A stretch of 64,000 nucleotides of DNA from NCBI GenBank assembly GCA_035642095.1, contig DASQTB010000048.1, forward strand, positions 2,496 to 66,495. Direction: 5' to 3'. Position 1 is the first letter of the stretch, and each line of letters starts with the position of its first letter. The stretch is from Actinomycetota bacterium (GTDB lineage Bacteria; Actinomycetota; UBA4738; CALAEC01). The notes beneath the pieces are model-generated. The model was given only the letters and a program-made list of their open reading frames with translations. It was not told the DNA's origin and did no database searches. Shown here in pieces: positions 35,790 to 45,868 of the stretch. Made by a program: the position numbers and the translations under genes.

Positions 35790-37166
35790 ATGGCCGACCT
35801 GATGGACGCCATCACCTCTCTGGCCAAGCGCCGGGGGATCGTCTTCCAGTCCAGCGAGATCTACGGCGGCCTGCGGTCGTTCTGGGACTACGGGCCGTTG
35901 GGAGTGGAGCTGAAGCGCAACGTCCGGGCGGCGTGGTGGCGGGACGTGGTCCAGCTACGGGACAACGTGGTCGGGCTGGAGTCCTCGATCATGATGTCGC
36001 CCCGAGTGTGGGAGGCCTCCGGACATCTCGAATCGTTCACCGATCCCTTAGTGGAGTGCCTGAACTGCCACCAGCGGTTCCGGGCTGACCATCTCCCCGG
36101 GTTCCACGAGCCGCAATCCGGGGCCGAGGAGGGGAGCGAGGGCACGGTGGAGATGGACCACCCCAAATGCCCGAACTGCGGCCACGACCGGTTCACCGAC
36201 CCGAGGAACTTCAACCTGATGTTCAAGACGTACATGGGACCGGTGGAGGAGTCGGGCAACGAGGTGTTCCTCCGCCCCGAGACGGCGCAGGGCATGTTCG
36301 TGGATTTCAGCACGGTCCAGTCGACCAGCCGGAAGAAGCTGCCGTTCGGGATCGCCCAGATCGGGAAGTCGTTCCGCAACGAGATCACGCCGGGGAACTT
36401 CATTTACCGAACACGGGAGTTCGAGCAGATGGAGATGGAGTTCTTCGTCGAGCCCGGCACCGACGAGGACTGGCACGAGTACTGGATCGAGCAGCGCCTC
36501 GACTGGTACCGGCGCCTGGGGATGAAAGAGGAGAACCTCCGGGTCCGGGAGCACGAGCAAGACGAGCTGAGTCACTACTCGAAGCGAACGGTCGATATCG
36601 AGTACCGGTTCCCGTTCACCGACTGGGGGGAGCTCGAGGGGATCGCTAACCGCACGGATTTCGACCTCAAGGCTCATGAAAAGTACTCCGGCCAGGACCT
36701 GACGTACTTCGACCAGGAGAGGGAGGAGCGGTTCCACCCGTACGTCATCGAGCCGGCGGCGGGCGTGGACCGAGCCGCGCTGGCCTTCCTGTGCGATGGC
36801 TACGCGGTCGAGGAAGCTCCTAACGCCAAGGGGCAGATGGAGAAGCGCACGGTGCTCAAGCTCCACAGGGACCTGGCCCCGGTCAAGGTGGCGGTCCTAC
36901 CGCTCAGTCGGAACGAGAAGCTCGTGCCGAAGGCGCGAGAGGTCTTCGACCTGGTCAAGGGGACGTGGATGTGCGACTACGACGACGCCGGCTCGATCGG
37001 CCGCCGGTACCGCCGGCAGGACGAGGTGGGAACGCCGGTCTGCGTCACGGTCGACTTCGAGAGTCTCGACGACCAGGCGGTGACCGTGCGTGACCGAGAC
37101 TCGATGCAGCAGGATCGCCTTCCGATCGGTCAGTTGTCCGAGCATCTCGCCGAGCGGCTGGCCTGA
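35790..37166 (+). CDS. glyQS: glycine--tRNA ligase (dimeric alpha2 type)
   Basis: Signature [23 protein letters not shown]. Zn-like insertion with CLNCHQRF...CPNCGH. Class II motifs. Confidence 0.9.
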   Translation: MADLMDAITSLAKRRGIVFQSSEIYGGLRSFWDYGPLGVELKRNVRAAWWRDVVQLRDNVVGLESSIMMSPRVWEASGHLESFTDPLVECLNCHQRFRADHLPGFHEPQSGAEEGSEGTVEMDHPKCPNCGHDRFTDPRNFNLMFKTYMGPVEESGNEVFLRPETAQGMFVDFSTVQSTSRKKLPFGIAQIGKSFRNEITPGNFIYRTREFEQMEMEFFVEPGTDEDWHEYWIEQRLDWYRRLGMKEENLRVREHEQDELSHYSKRTVDIEYRFPFTDWGELEGIANRTDFDLKAHEKYSGQDLTYFDQEREERFHPYVIEPAAGVDRAALAFLCDGYAVEEAPNAKGQMEKRTVLKLHRDLAPVKVAVLPLSRNEKLVPKAREVFDLVKGTWMCDYDDAGSIGRRYRRQDEVGTPVCVTVDFESLDDQAVTVRDRDSMQQDRLPIGQLSEHLAERLA

Positions 37167-37208
37167 CCGGGTCTGACATTTCGGCCCCGGCCCGTCATCA
37201 TTGGGGAG

Positions 37209-38543
37209 ATGGAAACAGATAGTAGATCCGGGTTCTCGGCGGGGGAGCCCCTCGAGCCGGTCGCGCTCGACCGGCTGACGCTCCGGTTCCGGAACCCGGA
37301 CCTCGAGGCCGCGTACAACAAGGACTTCTACCAGCACAACCTGGGGAACCTCCGGTTCGCCTTCCTCGGAGGTGTCGCCCTGTGGGTGCTGTTCGGGTTC
37401 GTGATCGACGGCTTCCTGCTGGTCCAGGCCGACCAGACGTTCGACCTGGTCATGCGGTACGGGGTGTTCACGCCCCTGCTGCTGGTGGTGTTCGGGCTAA
37501 CCTTCCTTCACGGGTTCGAGCGTATGTGGGAGTGGGTGGCGGGTGGCGTCGTCATCGTGACCCTTCTCCTGTGGGTGTACTACAACACCCAGGTGCTGAC
37601 GATGCCCGTCGATTACGGGTACGTCGGACTGATCCTGATCACGGCTTTCACCTATACGCTGCTTCGCTTGCGGTTCGTCCTGGTGGTCCTGACCACCGTC
37701 GTGGCCATCGCCACGTATGTGCCGTACGCCGTCATCGCCGTCCACATCTTCGGCGTGAAGACGGTCCTGGCCACCCTGTACCTGTCGACGTTCGGCGTGC
37801 TGTGGGGTGTGGCCGCGTACCGTCTGGAGCGGTTCACGAGATTGCTCTTCGTCAGGGAGCGCCAGCTCGACCGGGAGCGGGAGCGGTCGGACAGCCTGCT
37901 GCTCAACGTCCTCCCGCAGGCCATCGTGGCCCGTCTGAAGGCCAAGCCGATCGAAGGCCGCATGGCCGAGGCCCTCGAGGAGGTGAGCATCGTCTTCGCC
38001 GACGCGGTCGGTTCGACGGAACAGGCCGCGAAGTGCTCCCCGGACGAGTTCGCGGCCGCGCTGGACGAGCTCTTCGGCCGGTTCGACGATCTGGCCGATC
38101 GCTACGGCCTGGAGAAGGTGAAGACGATCGGCGACGCGTACATGGCGGTGGCTGGAGCTCCCACTCCGATGGACGACCATGCCGAAGCCGCGGCCGACAT
38201 GGCGCTGGATATGCTCGCCCAGGCCGGCCAGGTTCGGTGGCCGTCCGGCGACCCCATCGCCCTGCGGGTCGGCGTGGCCACCGGTCCCGCCGTGGCCGGT
38301 GTGATCGGCCAGCGGAAGTTCGCCTACGACCTGTGGGGGGACACGGTGAACCTGGCCAGCCGTCTGGAGGCCAGCGGGGAGCCGGGCCGGATCCTGGTGT
38401 CGGAGACGATGGCGGAGTTGCTGGCCGACCGATACGAGTTCGGTCCCGCGCAGGTCCTCGACCTCAAGGGAAAGGGGCCGACGCCGGTCCGGTTCCTCGT
38501 CGCCCGCCGGGCCGACGTGCAGGCGGCGACTGCTTCCTCGTAG
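37209..38543 (+). CDS. membrane-anchored class III adenylate cyclase (6 TM + cyclase domain)
   Basis: Six predicted TM helices. Cyclase motifs VSIVFADAVGST, KTIGDAYMAV, GVATGPAVAGVIG and DLWGDTVNLASRLE. Confidence 0.85.
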   Translation: METDSRSGFSAGEPLEPVALDRLTLRFRNPDLEAAYNKDFYQHNLGNLRFAFLGGVALWVLFGFVIDGFLLVQADQTFDLVMRYGVFTPLLLVVFGLTFLHGFERMWEWVAGGVVIVTLLLWVYYNTQVLTMPVDYGYVGLILITAFTYTLLRLRFVLVVLTTVVAIATYVPYAVIAVHIFGVKTVLATLYLSTFGVLWGVAAYRLERFTRLLFVRERQLDRERERSDSLLLNVLPQAIVARLKAKPIEGRMAEALEEVSIVFADAVGSTEQAAKCSPDEFAAALDELFGRFDDLADRYGLEKVKTIGDAYMAVAGAPTPMDDHAEAAADMALDMLAQAGQVRWPSGDPIALRVGVATGPAVAGVIGQRKFAYDLWGDTVNLASRLEASGEPGRILVSETMAELLADRYEFGPAQVLDLKGKGPTPVRFLVARRADVQAATASS

Positions 38544-38595
38544 TCGCTGCGCGGCGACGCCTGGACCGTTCGGTCCCGCCAGCATCGACCGGGCT

Positions 38596-39270
38596 ATGCT
38601 GACTTCGGTGCGCGGCTTGATCTTCGACCTCGACGGCACCCTGGTGGACACGGTGTACGCGCACGTCTTTGCCTGGTACCGGGCCTTGGCCGAAGCCGGT
38701 GCCCGGATCGAGGCGTGGCGCATCCACCGGAAGATCGGGATGAGCGGCGGCCTGTTCACGCGAGCGGTGGCCCGGGAGGTGGGTCGGGCCCTCGACTCGA
38801 ACGAGGTCGAAGCGGTTCAGCGGCGTCACGGGGAACTGTTCCGTGAGCTCATGCCGGACCGCCCGTGCCTGCCCGGAGCGGTGGAGCTTCTCCACCATCT
38901 CCGGGAGCTGGGTATCCCCTTCGGCATCGCTACTTCCGGACGAAGGCCTGAGATCGACGCATCGCTGGAGGCCCTCGGCGTCGGCTTCGAGACCGTGGTC
39001 GTCGAGCGCGGCCATGTGGCCAGGGCCAAACCGGAACCCGATCTGTTCATCGCCTGCCAGAAGCGGCTCGGGCTTCCCGCCGAGCAGTGTTACGTCGTCG
39101 GAGATGCGGTGTGGGACCTCCTGGCCGCCCGTCGAGCGGGGATGTTCAGCGTTGGGGTGATGACCGGTGGCTACGGCGAGGACGAGCTCATCCGAGCCGG
39201 GGCCTTCCGGGTGTACCGCGACCCGGCGGAGCTGCGGGTCTCCCTGGATGAGCTCGGCGTTCTTCCCTGA
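38596..39270 (+). CDS. HAD family hydrolase (phosphoglycolate phosphatase-like)
   Basis: Motif I LIFDLDGTLVDT. Motif IV VVGDAVWDLLAARRAG. Confidence 0.75.
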   Translation: MLTSVRGLIFDLDGTLVDTVYAHVFAWYRALAEAGARIEAWRIHRKIGMSGGLFTRAVAREVGRALDSNEVEAVQRRHGELFRELMPDRPCLPGAVELLHHLRELGIPFGIATSGRRPEIDASLEALGVGFETVVVERGHVARAKPEPDLFIACQKRLGLPAEQCYVVGDAVWDLLAARRAGMFSVGVMTGGYGEDELIRAGAFRVYRDPAELRVSLDELGVLP

Positions 39271-39279
39271 CGCGGGCGG

Positions 39280-39654
39280 TCAGCCCGACTTGAGGTCGCA
39301 CCATGCCCGGACGGCGACCTCGAGGTCCCGTCGCTTGGCCTTCACGTCGTCGAGGTCCGCGAACCGCAGATAGCGCACCGTGGCGCCGCCACCCTCCAGG
39401 CGTGGGTGCTTCCCCGGGAGCGTGGCACCCTGATGGAACATCAGGCTCACGTGCTTCTTCGACCGCGGATCGATGCTGGCCATGTTGCCTTCGAACACGA
39501 AGGTCGGGCTCTTCCACTTTATTGCTTCGGTCAGGCGACGATCGGTGCGGAGGATGATTCTCCGCACCTCGAGCATGGCGTCCTTCTGGGGGTGGTCCAG
39601 ATCCTCGAACCAGGCCTCGACCTCTGGACTGGCGCCCATGGGTCCTTCTATCAC
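39280..39654 (-). CDS. DUF1801 (YdhG-like) domain protein
   Basis: Pattern AMLEVRRIILRTDRRLTEAIKWKSPTF is typical of the DUF1801 family. Confidence 0.55.
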   Translation of the reverse strand: MIEGPMGASPEVEAWFEDLDHPQKDAMLEVRRIILRTDRRLTEAIKWKSPTFVFEGNMASIDPRSKKHVSLMFHQGATLPGKHPRLEGGGATVRYLRFADLDDVKAKRRDLEVAVRAWCDLKSG

Positions 39655-39681
39655 ACGAGGAATGCCCGAAGCCTCAAGCCG

Positions 39682-41079
39682 CTACAGGACCTTGCCGGGG
39701 TTGAGGATGCCTTCCGGATCGAGGGCGTGCTTCACGGCGGCGTGGACCCGGAATCCGTCGTCGCCGAGCTCTTCGGTGAGCCAGGGACGCTTGAGGAGGC
39801 CCACGCCGTGCTCGCCGGTGATCGTGCCGCCCAGGTCGACCGCCGCCCGGAGGATGTCCTGGAAGGCGGCCCGGGCTCGAGCGACGTGCTCGGGGTCCCG
39901 GTGGTCATAGACGAGCGTGGGATGCATGTTGCCGTCCCCGGCATGGCCGAACGTCCCGATCACGACGGCGTGGTCGGCGGCGATGCGCTCGATGGCCTCG
40001 AACAGTTCGGTGATCCGGCCGATGGGCACGGCCACGTCGTCGAGGAGAATGGTCCCCTGACGCTCGAGGGCGGGAAGGGCCAAACGCCGGGCATTCATGA
40101 GGAGGTCGGCCTCCATCGGGTCGGACGACCGGGCCACCAGCGTGGCTCCCGCGGACGTGCAGGCTCGCGCCATCCGTTCGATCTGGTTCGCGGCCTGCTC
40201 CCCGCCGGCGTCGGATCTCCCGATCAGCATGGCGGCGGCATCGAGGTCGAGATCCATATGTTTCCATTCGTCGACGGCCCGCACCGTGTGGCGGTCCATC
40301 AGCTCGAGGACCGAGGGGACCACCTCGGAGGTGATCTCCGCGATGGCCGTTCCTGCGGACTTCAGATCCCCGAAGAACGCGACCAGCGTGGCCGGAGGGG
40401 GCGGAGCTGGCCGGAGGCGCAGGGTGGCCTCCGTCACCACTCCGAGTGTCCCCTCGGAACCGACGAACAGGCCGGTGAGGTCGTATCCTGCGACGCGCTT
40501 GACCGTCCTGCCTCCGGTTCGGATCAGGGAGCCGTCGGCCAGGACGACCTGCAGGCCGAGGACGGAATCTCGGGTCACCCCGTACTTCGCGCAGCACAGC
40601 CCTCCCGCGTTGGTGGCGATGTTTCCCCCGATCGACGAGAACCCAGCGCTGGCCGGATCCGGGGGGTACCACAGTCCCCGTTCGGCAGCAGCCGCGGAGA
40701 GGTCGCCGTTGATGACGCCCGGCTCGACGACAGCGAGGAGGTTGGCTCGGTCGATTTGCAGGACCCGGTCCATTGCCGTGAGCGACAGGACCAGCCCGCC
40801 GTCGACAGCGTTTGCCCCGCCGGACAGCCCCGATCCCGCGCCTCGGGGCACCACCGGTACGCCGCCCGCCGACGCGATCCGGAGGGTGGTCTGCACCTCG
40901 GCCGCCAAGCGGGGGCGGACGACGGCGAGGGGCATCCCCGCCCCGGGAAGCGCCGCCTGATCCCGCCGGTAGCTCTCCATCACGTCCCGGTCCGTGAGCA
41001 GTGCAGCGGACGGAAGAGAGCGGGCCAGCGCGTCGAGCACGTCGGACCCGTCGGCGCGAGGTCTCCGTGGGTCCACCAT
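39682..41079 (-). CDS. FAD-linked oxidase (GlcD / D-lactate dehydrogenase family)
   Basis: FAD-binding PCMH motif (VVRPRLAAEVQTTLRIASAGGVPVVPRGAGSGLSGGA). C-terminal FAD-oxidase domain. Confidence 0.8.
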   Translation of the reverse strand: MVDPRRPRADGSDVLDALARSLPSAALLTDRDVMESYRRDQAALPGAGMPLAVVRPRLAAEVQTTLRIASAGGVPVVPRGAGSGLSGGANAVDGGLVLSLTAMDRVLQIDRANLLAVVEPGVINGDLSAAAAERGLWYPPDPASAGFSSIGGNIATNAGGLCCAKYGVTRDSVLGLQVVLADGSLIRTGGRTVKRVAGYDLTGLFVGSEGTLGVVTEATLRLRPAPPPPATLVAFFGDLKSAGTAIAEITSEVVPSVLELMDRHTVRAVDEWKHMDLDLDAAAMLIGRSDAGGEQAANQIERMARACTSAGATLVARSSDPMEADLLMNARRLALPALERQGTILLDDVAVPIGRITELFEAIERIAADHAVVIGTFGHAGDGNMHPTLVYDHRDPEHVARARAAFQDILRAAVDLGGTITGEHGVGLLKRPWLTEELGDDGFRVHAAVKHALDPEGILNPGKVL

Positions 41080-41086
41080 CCGCCGG

Positions 41087-41779
41087 CTACCGGGAGATGG
41101 TCATCTCGGTGACATGGGCCGCGCCGGGGTCGAGAGCGACTCGGAGAATCTGCCGGGCCACGTGGCGCGGATCCATGTAGTCGGTCAGGTCGGGCATCCG
41201 CCCCGTCTCGGGGGACCAGAACGCGGTCCGCATACCACCGGGGTAGACGGTCAGGGTTCGGACGGAGGTGCCCTTGAGGGCGATGCGGAGCGCCTCCATG
41301 AATCCTCGGGCGCCCCACTTGGCGGCGCAGTAGACCGCTTCCTCGGCCCGACCGACGAGTGCGGCCGAGGACAGGACGCTCACCACGGTCCCTCCGGTCG
41401 CCCGGAGGGCCGGGAGGGCAGCCGCCGTGGCGAGCATCAGCCCCTTCAGGTTCGCCGCCAAGACCTCGTCGATCATGGCTTCGGTCAGGTCTTCCACCGG
41501 GCCGAACCGTCCCACGCCAGCGGCGTTCACCAGGAAGCCGAGGGATCCCATGGCCGCGACCTGGTCGAAGGTCGATCGCACCTGGCTCTCGCTGGACACG
41601 TCGCACACCATCCCGTGGGCGTCGGCCCCCTCGCCGCGAAGGCGTTCCACCGCTTCTCCGACAGTCTGAGCATCTCGGGCGATGATCGAAACGGCCATGC
41701 CCGCGGCCGCCAGTGATTCGGCCAGGGCGAACCCGAGGCCGGAGCTTCCTCCCGTTACCACCGCCCTGTTTCGAGCCAT
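41087..41779 (-). CDS. SDR-family short-chain dehydrogenase/reductase
   Basis: TGGSSGLG cofactor motif. Catalytic YxxxK region (YCAAK). Confidence 0.8.
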   Translation of the reverse strand: MARNRAVVTGGSSGLGFALAESLAAAGMAVSIIARDAQTVGEAVERLRGEGADAHGMVCDVSSESQVRSTFDQVAAMGSLGFLVNAAGVGRFGPVEDLTEAMIDEVLAANLKGLMLATAAALPALRATGGTVVSVLSSAALVGRAEEAVYCAAKWGARGFMEALRIALKGTSVRTLTVYPGGMRTAFWSPETGRMPDLTDYMDPRHVARQILRVALDPGAAHVTEMTISR

Positions 41780-41883
41780 GACATCCTCCGCCCCAGCCCG
41801 GGGCCCACGATAGCCCGTGGGCCACGGTCGCCGAGCGGTCGCTCGCTTGACAACGACTCGCCGGGAGTGCTTGGCTCCGGGTT

Positions 41884-41895
41884 TGACAACGTTGT
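41884..41895 (+). promoter_or_regulatory. LacI-family operator palindrome GACAACGTTGTC (site 1, upstream of lacI-ABC operon)
   Basis: Perfect 12-nt palindrome within TGACAACGTTGTCG, 13 nt before the lacI start. A degenerate copy TTGACAACGACTC lies at 41846..41858. Confidence 0.6.
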
Positions 41896-41907
41896 CGGAG
41901 CCCGAGG

Positions 41908-42930
41908 ATGGCGTCCGGAGCGGGGATGAGTGAGCGTCCCACGATGGTGGACGTGGCCAGGCTAGCCGGGGTGAGCCTCAAGACCGTCTCGCGTGTGGTG
42001 AACCATGAGGCGGGGGTTCGACCGGAGACCGAGTCTCGGGTTCGGGGGGCCGTGGAGGCCCTCGGGTACCGCGCGAACGACATCGCCAGGAACCTTCGAC
42101 GAGGCCGACCGTCGGCGACCATCGGCCTGGTCATCGAGGACGTCCGCAACCCTTTCTACTCAGCGGTGGCCCGTGCGGTCGAGCAGGTGGCCAGGGACCA
42201 CGGCTACGTCGTCGTTATCGCGAACTCAGACGAGGACGCGGCGGCGGAGCGCAAGGCGGCGGCCAGCCTGCTGGAGCGACGAGTGGGCGGGCTCCTGATC
42301 GTTCCGGCCGGCCGTGACCACGCGTACCTCCGGAACGAGGTCCGCCTGGGCACGCCGGTCGTGTTCATGGACCGGCCGGCCGACTCGATCGACGCTGACG
42401 AGGTGCTGCTCGACAACGCGGGCGGGGCGCGCCAGGCGGCCGAGCATCTGCTCGCCCGGGGCCATCGCCGGATCGCGGTGGTGGCCGACTCCCCGGACAT
42501 CGTTACGATCGCCGAGCGGCTGTCGGGGTATCGCCGAACCGTGGAGGCGGCTGGTCTGACCGTGGACGAGACCCTGATCAGGACCGGCCTGCACGATGTG
42601 CGGGATGCCGAGGCAGCGACTGTCCACCTCCTGGCCTTGTCCGACCCGCCCACGGCCATCTTCGCCACGAACAACCGGGGGTGCGTCGGGGCTCTCCGGG
42701 CTCTCCACGTTCGTTCGGAGGAACGCTCTCGCGCCGCCCTGGTGGGGTTCGACGACTTCGAGCTGGCCGATCTCCTCCAGGTCACCGTGGTGCGGCACGA
42801 CCCCCACGAGATGGGCCGGCGGGCGGCGGACCTTCTGTTTGCCAGGCTGTCGGGCGACGAGAGCCCACCCCAGCGGATCGTCCTCCCGACCGAGCTCGTG
42901 GTCCGCGCCTCCAAGGAGACCTCGCCATGA
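41908..42930 (+). CDS. LacI-family transcriptional repressor
   Basis: HTH with MVDVARLAGVSLKTVSRVVN. Periplasmic-binding-protein-like effector domain. Confidence 0.85.
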   Translation: MASGAGMSERPTMVDVARLAGVSLKTVSRVVNHEAGVRPETESRVRGAVEALGYRANDIARNLRRGRPSATIGLVIEDVRNPFYSAVARAVEQVARDHGYVVVIANSDEDAAAERKAAASLLERRVGGLLIVPAGRDHAYLRNEVRLGTPVVFMDRPADSIDADEVLLDNAGGARQAAEHLLARGHRRIAVVADSPDIVTIAERLSGYRRTVEAAGLTVDETLIRTGLHDVRDAEAATVHLLALSDPPTAIFATNNRGCVGALRALHVRSEERSRAALVGFDDFELADLLQVTVVRHDPHEMGRRAADLLFARLSGDESPPQRIVLPTELVVRASKETSP

Positions 42931-43706
42931 CCGGGGCCGAAGCGGCCGCCCCCGATGGATACCTGCTCGAAGCCCGCGGGATCGTCAAGCGCTACGGGCA
43001 CGTTCAGGCGCTTCAGGAGGCGGACTTCGACGTGCTCCCCGGGGAGGTCACCGCGCTGGTTGGAGACAACGGCGCCGGGAAGAGCACCCTGATCAAGATT
43101 CTGTCGGGCACGGTTCAGCCGGATGCCGGGAAGATTCGCTTCGAGGGCCATCCGGTGACGATCCACTCGCCGCTCGACGCCCGCCGTCTCGGCGTGGAGA
43201 CCGTGTACCAGGACCTGGCTCTGGCCGAGGACCTGGACCCGGCGGCGAACCTCTTCCTGGGGCGGGAGCTGCTGCGGCCGGGCGTGCTCGGCATGGTGGG
43301 GTTCATCGACAAGCGGGCGATGAGAGGCCGCGCGTCGGAATCGTTCAGGACACTCGGCATCGACCTCCAGGACATGGATGCCGAGGTCGGCATGCTCTCG
43401 GGTGGCCAGCGACAGACGGTGGCCGTCAGCCGGGCTGCCACGTGGGCCAGCCGGGTGATCTTCATGGACGAACCGACCGCGGCGCTCGGGGTGGTTCAGG
43501 CGGAGCGGGTCCTCGAACTCGTCCGGCGGATCCGAGAATCGGGGAAGTCGGTCGTCCTGATCAGCCACAACCTGCCGCAGGTGTTCCAGGCGGCGGACCG
43601 GATCCAGGTGCTGCGCCTGGGTCGGCGGGTGGCCGCCTTCCGGGCCGAAGAGGTGACCATGGACGAGGTCGTCGGCGCGATGACGGGCGCCGCGGAGGAG
43701 GGGTAG
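42927..43706 (+). CDS. sugar ABC transporter ATP-binding protein (single nucleotide-binding domain, 259 aa)
   Basis: ATG overlaps the lacI stop (ATGA). Walker A GDNGAGKST, signature LSGGQRQ, Walker B VIFMDEPT. Confidence 0.85.
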   Translation: MTGAEAAAPDGYLLEARGIVKRYGHVQALQEADFDVLPGEVTALVGDNGAGKSTLIKILSGTVQPDAGKIRFEGHPVTIHSPLDARRLGVETVYQDLALAEDLDPAANLFLGRELLRPGVLGMVGFIDKRAMRGRASESFRTLGIDLQDMDAEVGMLSGGQRQTVAVSRAATWASRVIFMDEPTAALGVVQAERVLELVRRIRESGKSVVLISHNLPQVFQAADRIQVLRLGRRVAAFRAEEVTMDEVVGAMTGAAEEG

Positions 43707-43709
43707 GCC

Positions 43710-44759
43710 GTGGTCCGGGAGCGCAGGCCGCTCGACCGACGGGAGCTGACCCGCCACCCCGAAGAGGGGGGATGGGGGGCGCGGAGCGGTCTGGTGCGGC
43801 TGACCGCAGCCACGTCGACATGGATCTTCTTGGTGCTGGTGGTGATCATCGCCATATTCTCGATCCTCAACTTCGACGCGTTTGCGTCGGTGTTCAACCT
43901 GCGCAACATCACCATCGACGCATCAAGCCTCGTGATCGTGGCGGTGGGGATGACGTTCGTGATCATCACCGGGGGGATCGACCTCTCGGTCGGATCGGTC
44001 CTGGTGTTCTCTCAGGTGGTGGCGGCCCTGGTCATGCGAGGGATGGGGGCGGAGGGGATGGCAGTCATCCTGGCCGGCCTCGGGAGCGCGCTGCTGTCCG
44101 GGCTCGTCTGGGGGCTTCTGAACGGGGTGCTGATCGCCAAGACGCGGATGCCCGCGCTGATCGTGACCTTGGGGACGCTCGGCATGGCGCAGGGTGCAGC
44201 GCTGCTGCTCAGCGGGGGGATCAACATCCGGCGGGCGGTTCCGACGGAACTCGTCACCACGGTAGGGATCGGGCGGCTGTTCGGCCAGATCCCTTATCAG
44301 GTCGTGATCGCGGCCGGAATCACCGTGATTGGGGGGATCCTGCTGCACCTCACTCGGTTTGGCCGACACACGTATGCGATCGGCTCGAACGCCGAGGCGT
44401 CGCGCCGGGCCGGGATCAACGTGGCCGGGCACCTGATCAAGGTGTACGCGATGTCCGGAGTGCTGGCGGGGATGGCCGGGTACCTGCTGCTGGCGCGGTT
44501 CACCACGACCACGATCGAGGGACACGGGACCACCAACCTGCAGGCGATCGCGGCGGTAGTCATCGGAGGAACCAGCTTGTTCGGCGGGATCGGCACGGTG
44601 TTCGGCACGGTTGTGGGTGTGTTCATCCCGTCGATCCTTCGGAACGGGTTCATCATCCTCGGCGTCGAACCGTTCTGGCAGCAAGTTGCTGTGGGAGCGA
44701 TCTTGATCTTGGCGGTGTACGTCGATCAGTTGAAGCGTCGCGCTCGTGAGCGGAAGTAG
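43710..44759 (+). CDS. sugar ABC transporter permease (RbsC/AraH-like)
   Basis: Starts 4 nt after the ATPase stop. Ten predicted TM segments. Matches the branched monosaccharide ABC permease family pattern. Confidence 0.8.
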   Translation: MVRERRPLDRRELTRHPEEGGWGARSGLVRLTAATSTWIFLVLVVIIAIFSILNFDAFASVFNLRNITIDASSLVIVAVGMTFVIITGGIDLSVGSVLVFSQVVAALVMRGMGAEGMAVILAGLGSALLSGLVWGLLNGVLIAKTRMPALIVTLGTLGMAQGAALLLSGGINIRRAVPTELVTTVGIGRLFGQIPYQVVIAAGITVIGGILLHLTRFGRHTYAIGSNAEASRRAGINVAGHLIKVYAMSGVLAGMAGYLLLARFTTTTIEGHGTTNLQAIAAVVIGGTSLFGGIGTVFGTVVGVFIPSILRNGFIILGVEPFWQQVAVGAILILAVYVDQLKRRARERK

Positions 44760-44837
44760 ACGAGCCGGAAGGAGGGAGGCGATCGGTTTCAGCACCGGCC
44801 GGGACGAAAGCGGGCAGCCGGAAAGAGGAGGAGTGCA

Positions 44838-45815
44838 ATGAGAAGAAGGTTACTGGTCCTCCTGGCCGTGATGGCTGTGGTCGCCGGAGCGTGCGGCGAC
44901 GACGGCGATGAGGCCGGGGGTGCGGGAGGCGGTGAAGAGTCGTTCGACATCGTCCTGATCCAGGGCGTCGCGGGAGACGAGTTCTACATCACGATGGACT
45001 GCGGGGCCCGCGCCGCCGCCGAGGAGCTCGGGGTGAACTACTCGGTGCAGGGGCCGAACGAGTTCGATCCCACGGAGCAGATACCGATCGTGGAGGCCGT
45101 GACAGCTCAGCAGCCGGACGCCATCCTGATCGCCCCGACGGAGCGCACGGCCCTGATCGGGCCGCTCCAGGCGGCCCAGGATGCCGGGATCACCGTGGTG
45201 CTGGTAGATACCATCGTGGACGACCCGAACATCGGCGTCTCCCGGATCGCTACCGACAACGTGGAGGGCGGTCGGGTCGCCGGCGAGGCACTGGTCGAGC
45301 TGATCGGCGGCGAGGGCTCGGTGTTCGTCAACACCACCCAGCCGGGGGTCTCCACGGTCGAAGAGAGGCAGCAGGGATTCGAGGAGGTGATCGAGGGCGA
45401 GCCGGGGATCGAATATCTCGGTGCCGAGTTCAACAACGACGACCCGACCCGGGCTGCTCAGATCACGTCGGCGGTCCTGGCCCGCAACCCGGACCTGGCC
45501 GGTGTCTTCGCCACGAACCTGTTCTCGGCCGAGGGCGCGGCCACCGCGCTTCGAGACGCCGGTGCCCAGGACCAGGTTTCCATCGTCGGCTTCGACGCCA
45601 GCCCCGGTCAGGTCGATCAGCTGGAGGAGGGGCTGGTCCAGGCGCTGGTGGCCCAGAACCCCAGAGAGATCGGGTTCCGGGGCGTGCAGACGGCCGTAGC
45701 GGCGCTGCGGGGCGAGGAGCACGAGGAGGAGATCACCACCCCGCTGACGGTGGTGACCCAGGACAACCTGGAGGACCCGGAGGTCCAGGACACCCTGTAT
45801 CTCGGGGAGTGCTGA
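44838..45815 (+). CDS. sugar ABC transporter substrate-binding lipoprotein (RbsB-like periplasmic binding protein)
   Basis: RBS GGAAAGAGGAGG. Lipobox VVAGAC. Type-I PBP fold (VLIQGVAGDEFY...). Confidence 0.8.
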   Translation: MRRRLLVLLAVMAVVAGACGDDGDEAGGAGGGEESFDIVLIQGVAGDEFYITMDCGARAAAEELGVNYSVQGPNEFDPTEQIPIVEAVTAQQPDAILIAPTERTALIGPLQAAQDAGITVVLVDTIVDDPNIGVSRIATDNVEGGRVAGEALVELIGGEGSVFVNTTQPGVSTVEERQQGFEEVIEGEPGIEYLGAEFNNDDPTRAAQITSAVLARNPDLAGVFATNLFSAEGAATALRDAGAQDQVSIVGFDASPGQVDQLEEGLVQALVAQNPREIGFRGVQTAVAALRGEEHEEEITTPLTVVTQDNLEDPEVQDTLYLGEC

Positions 45816-45868
45816 TCTCGGTCTGATCGAACGTGTGGCTGGCGCCGGTTTCGGCGCCGGCCGCACGG

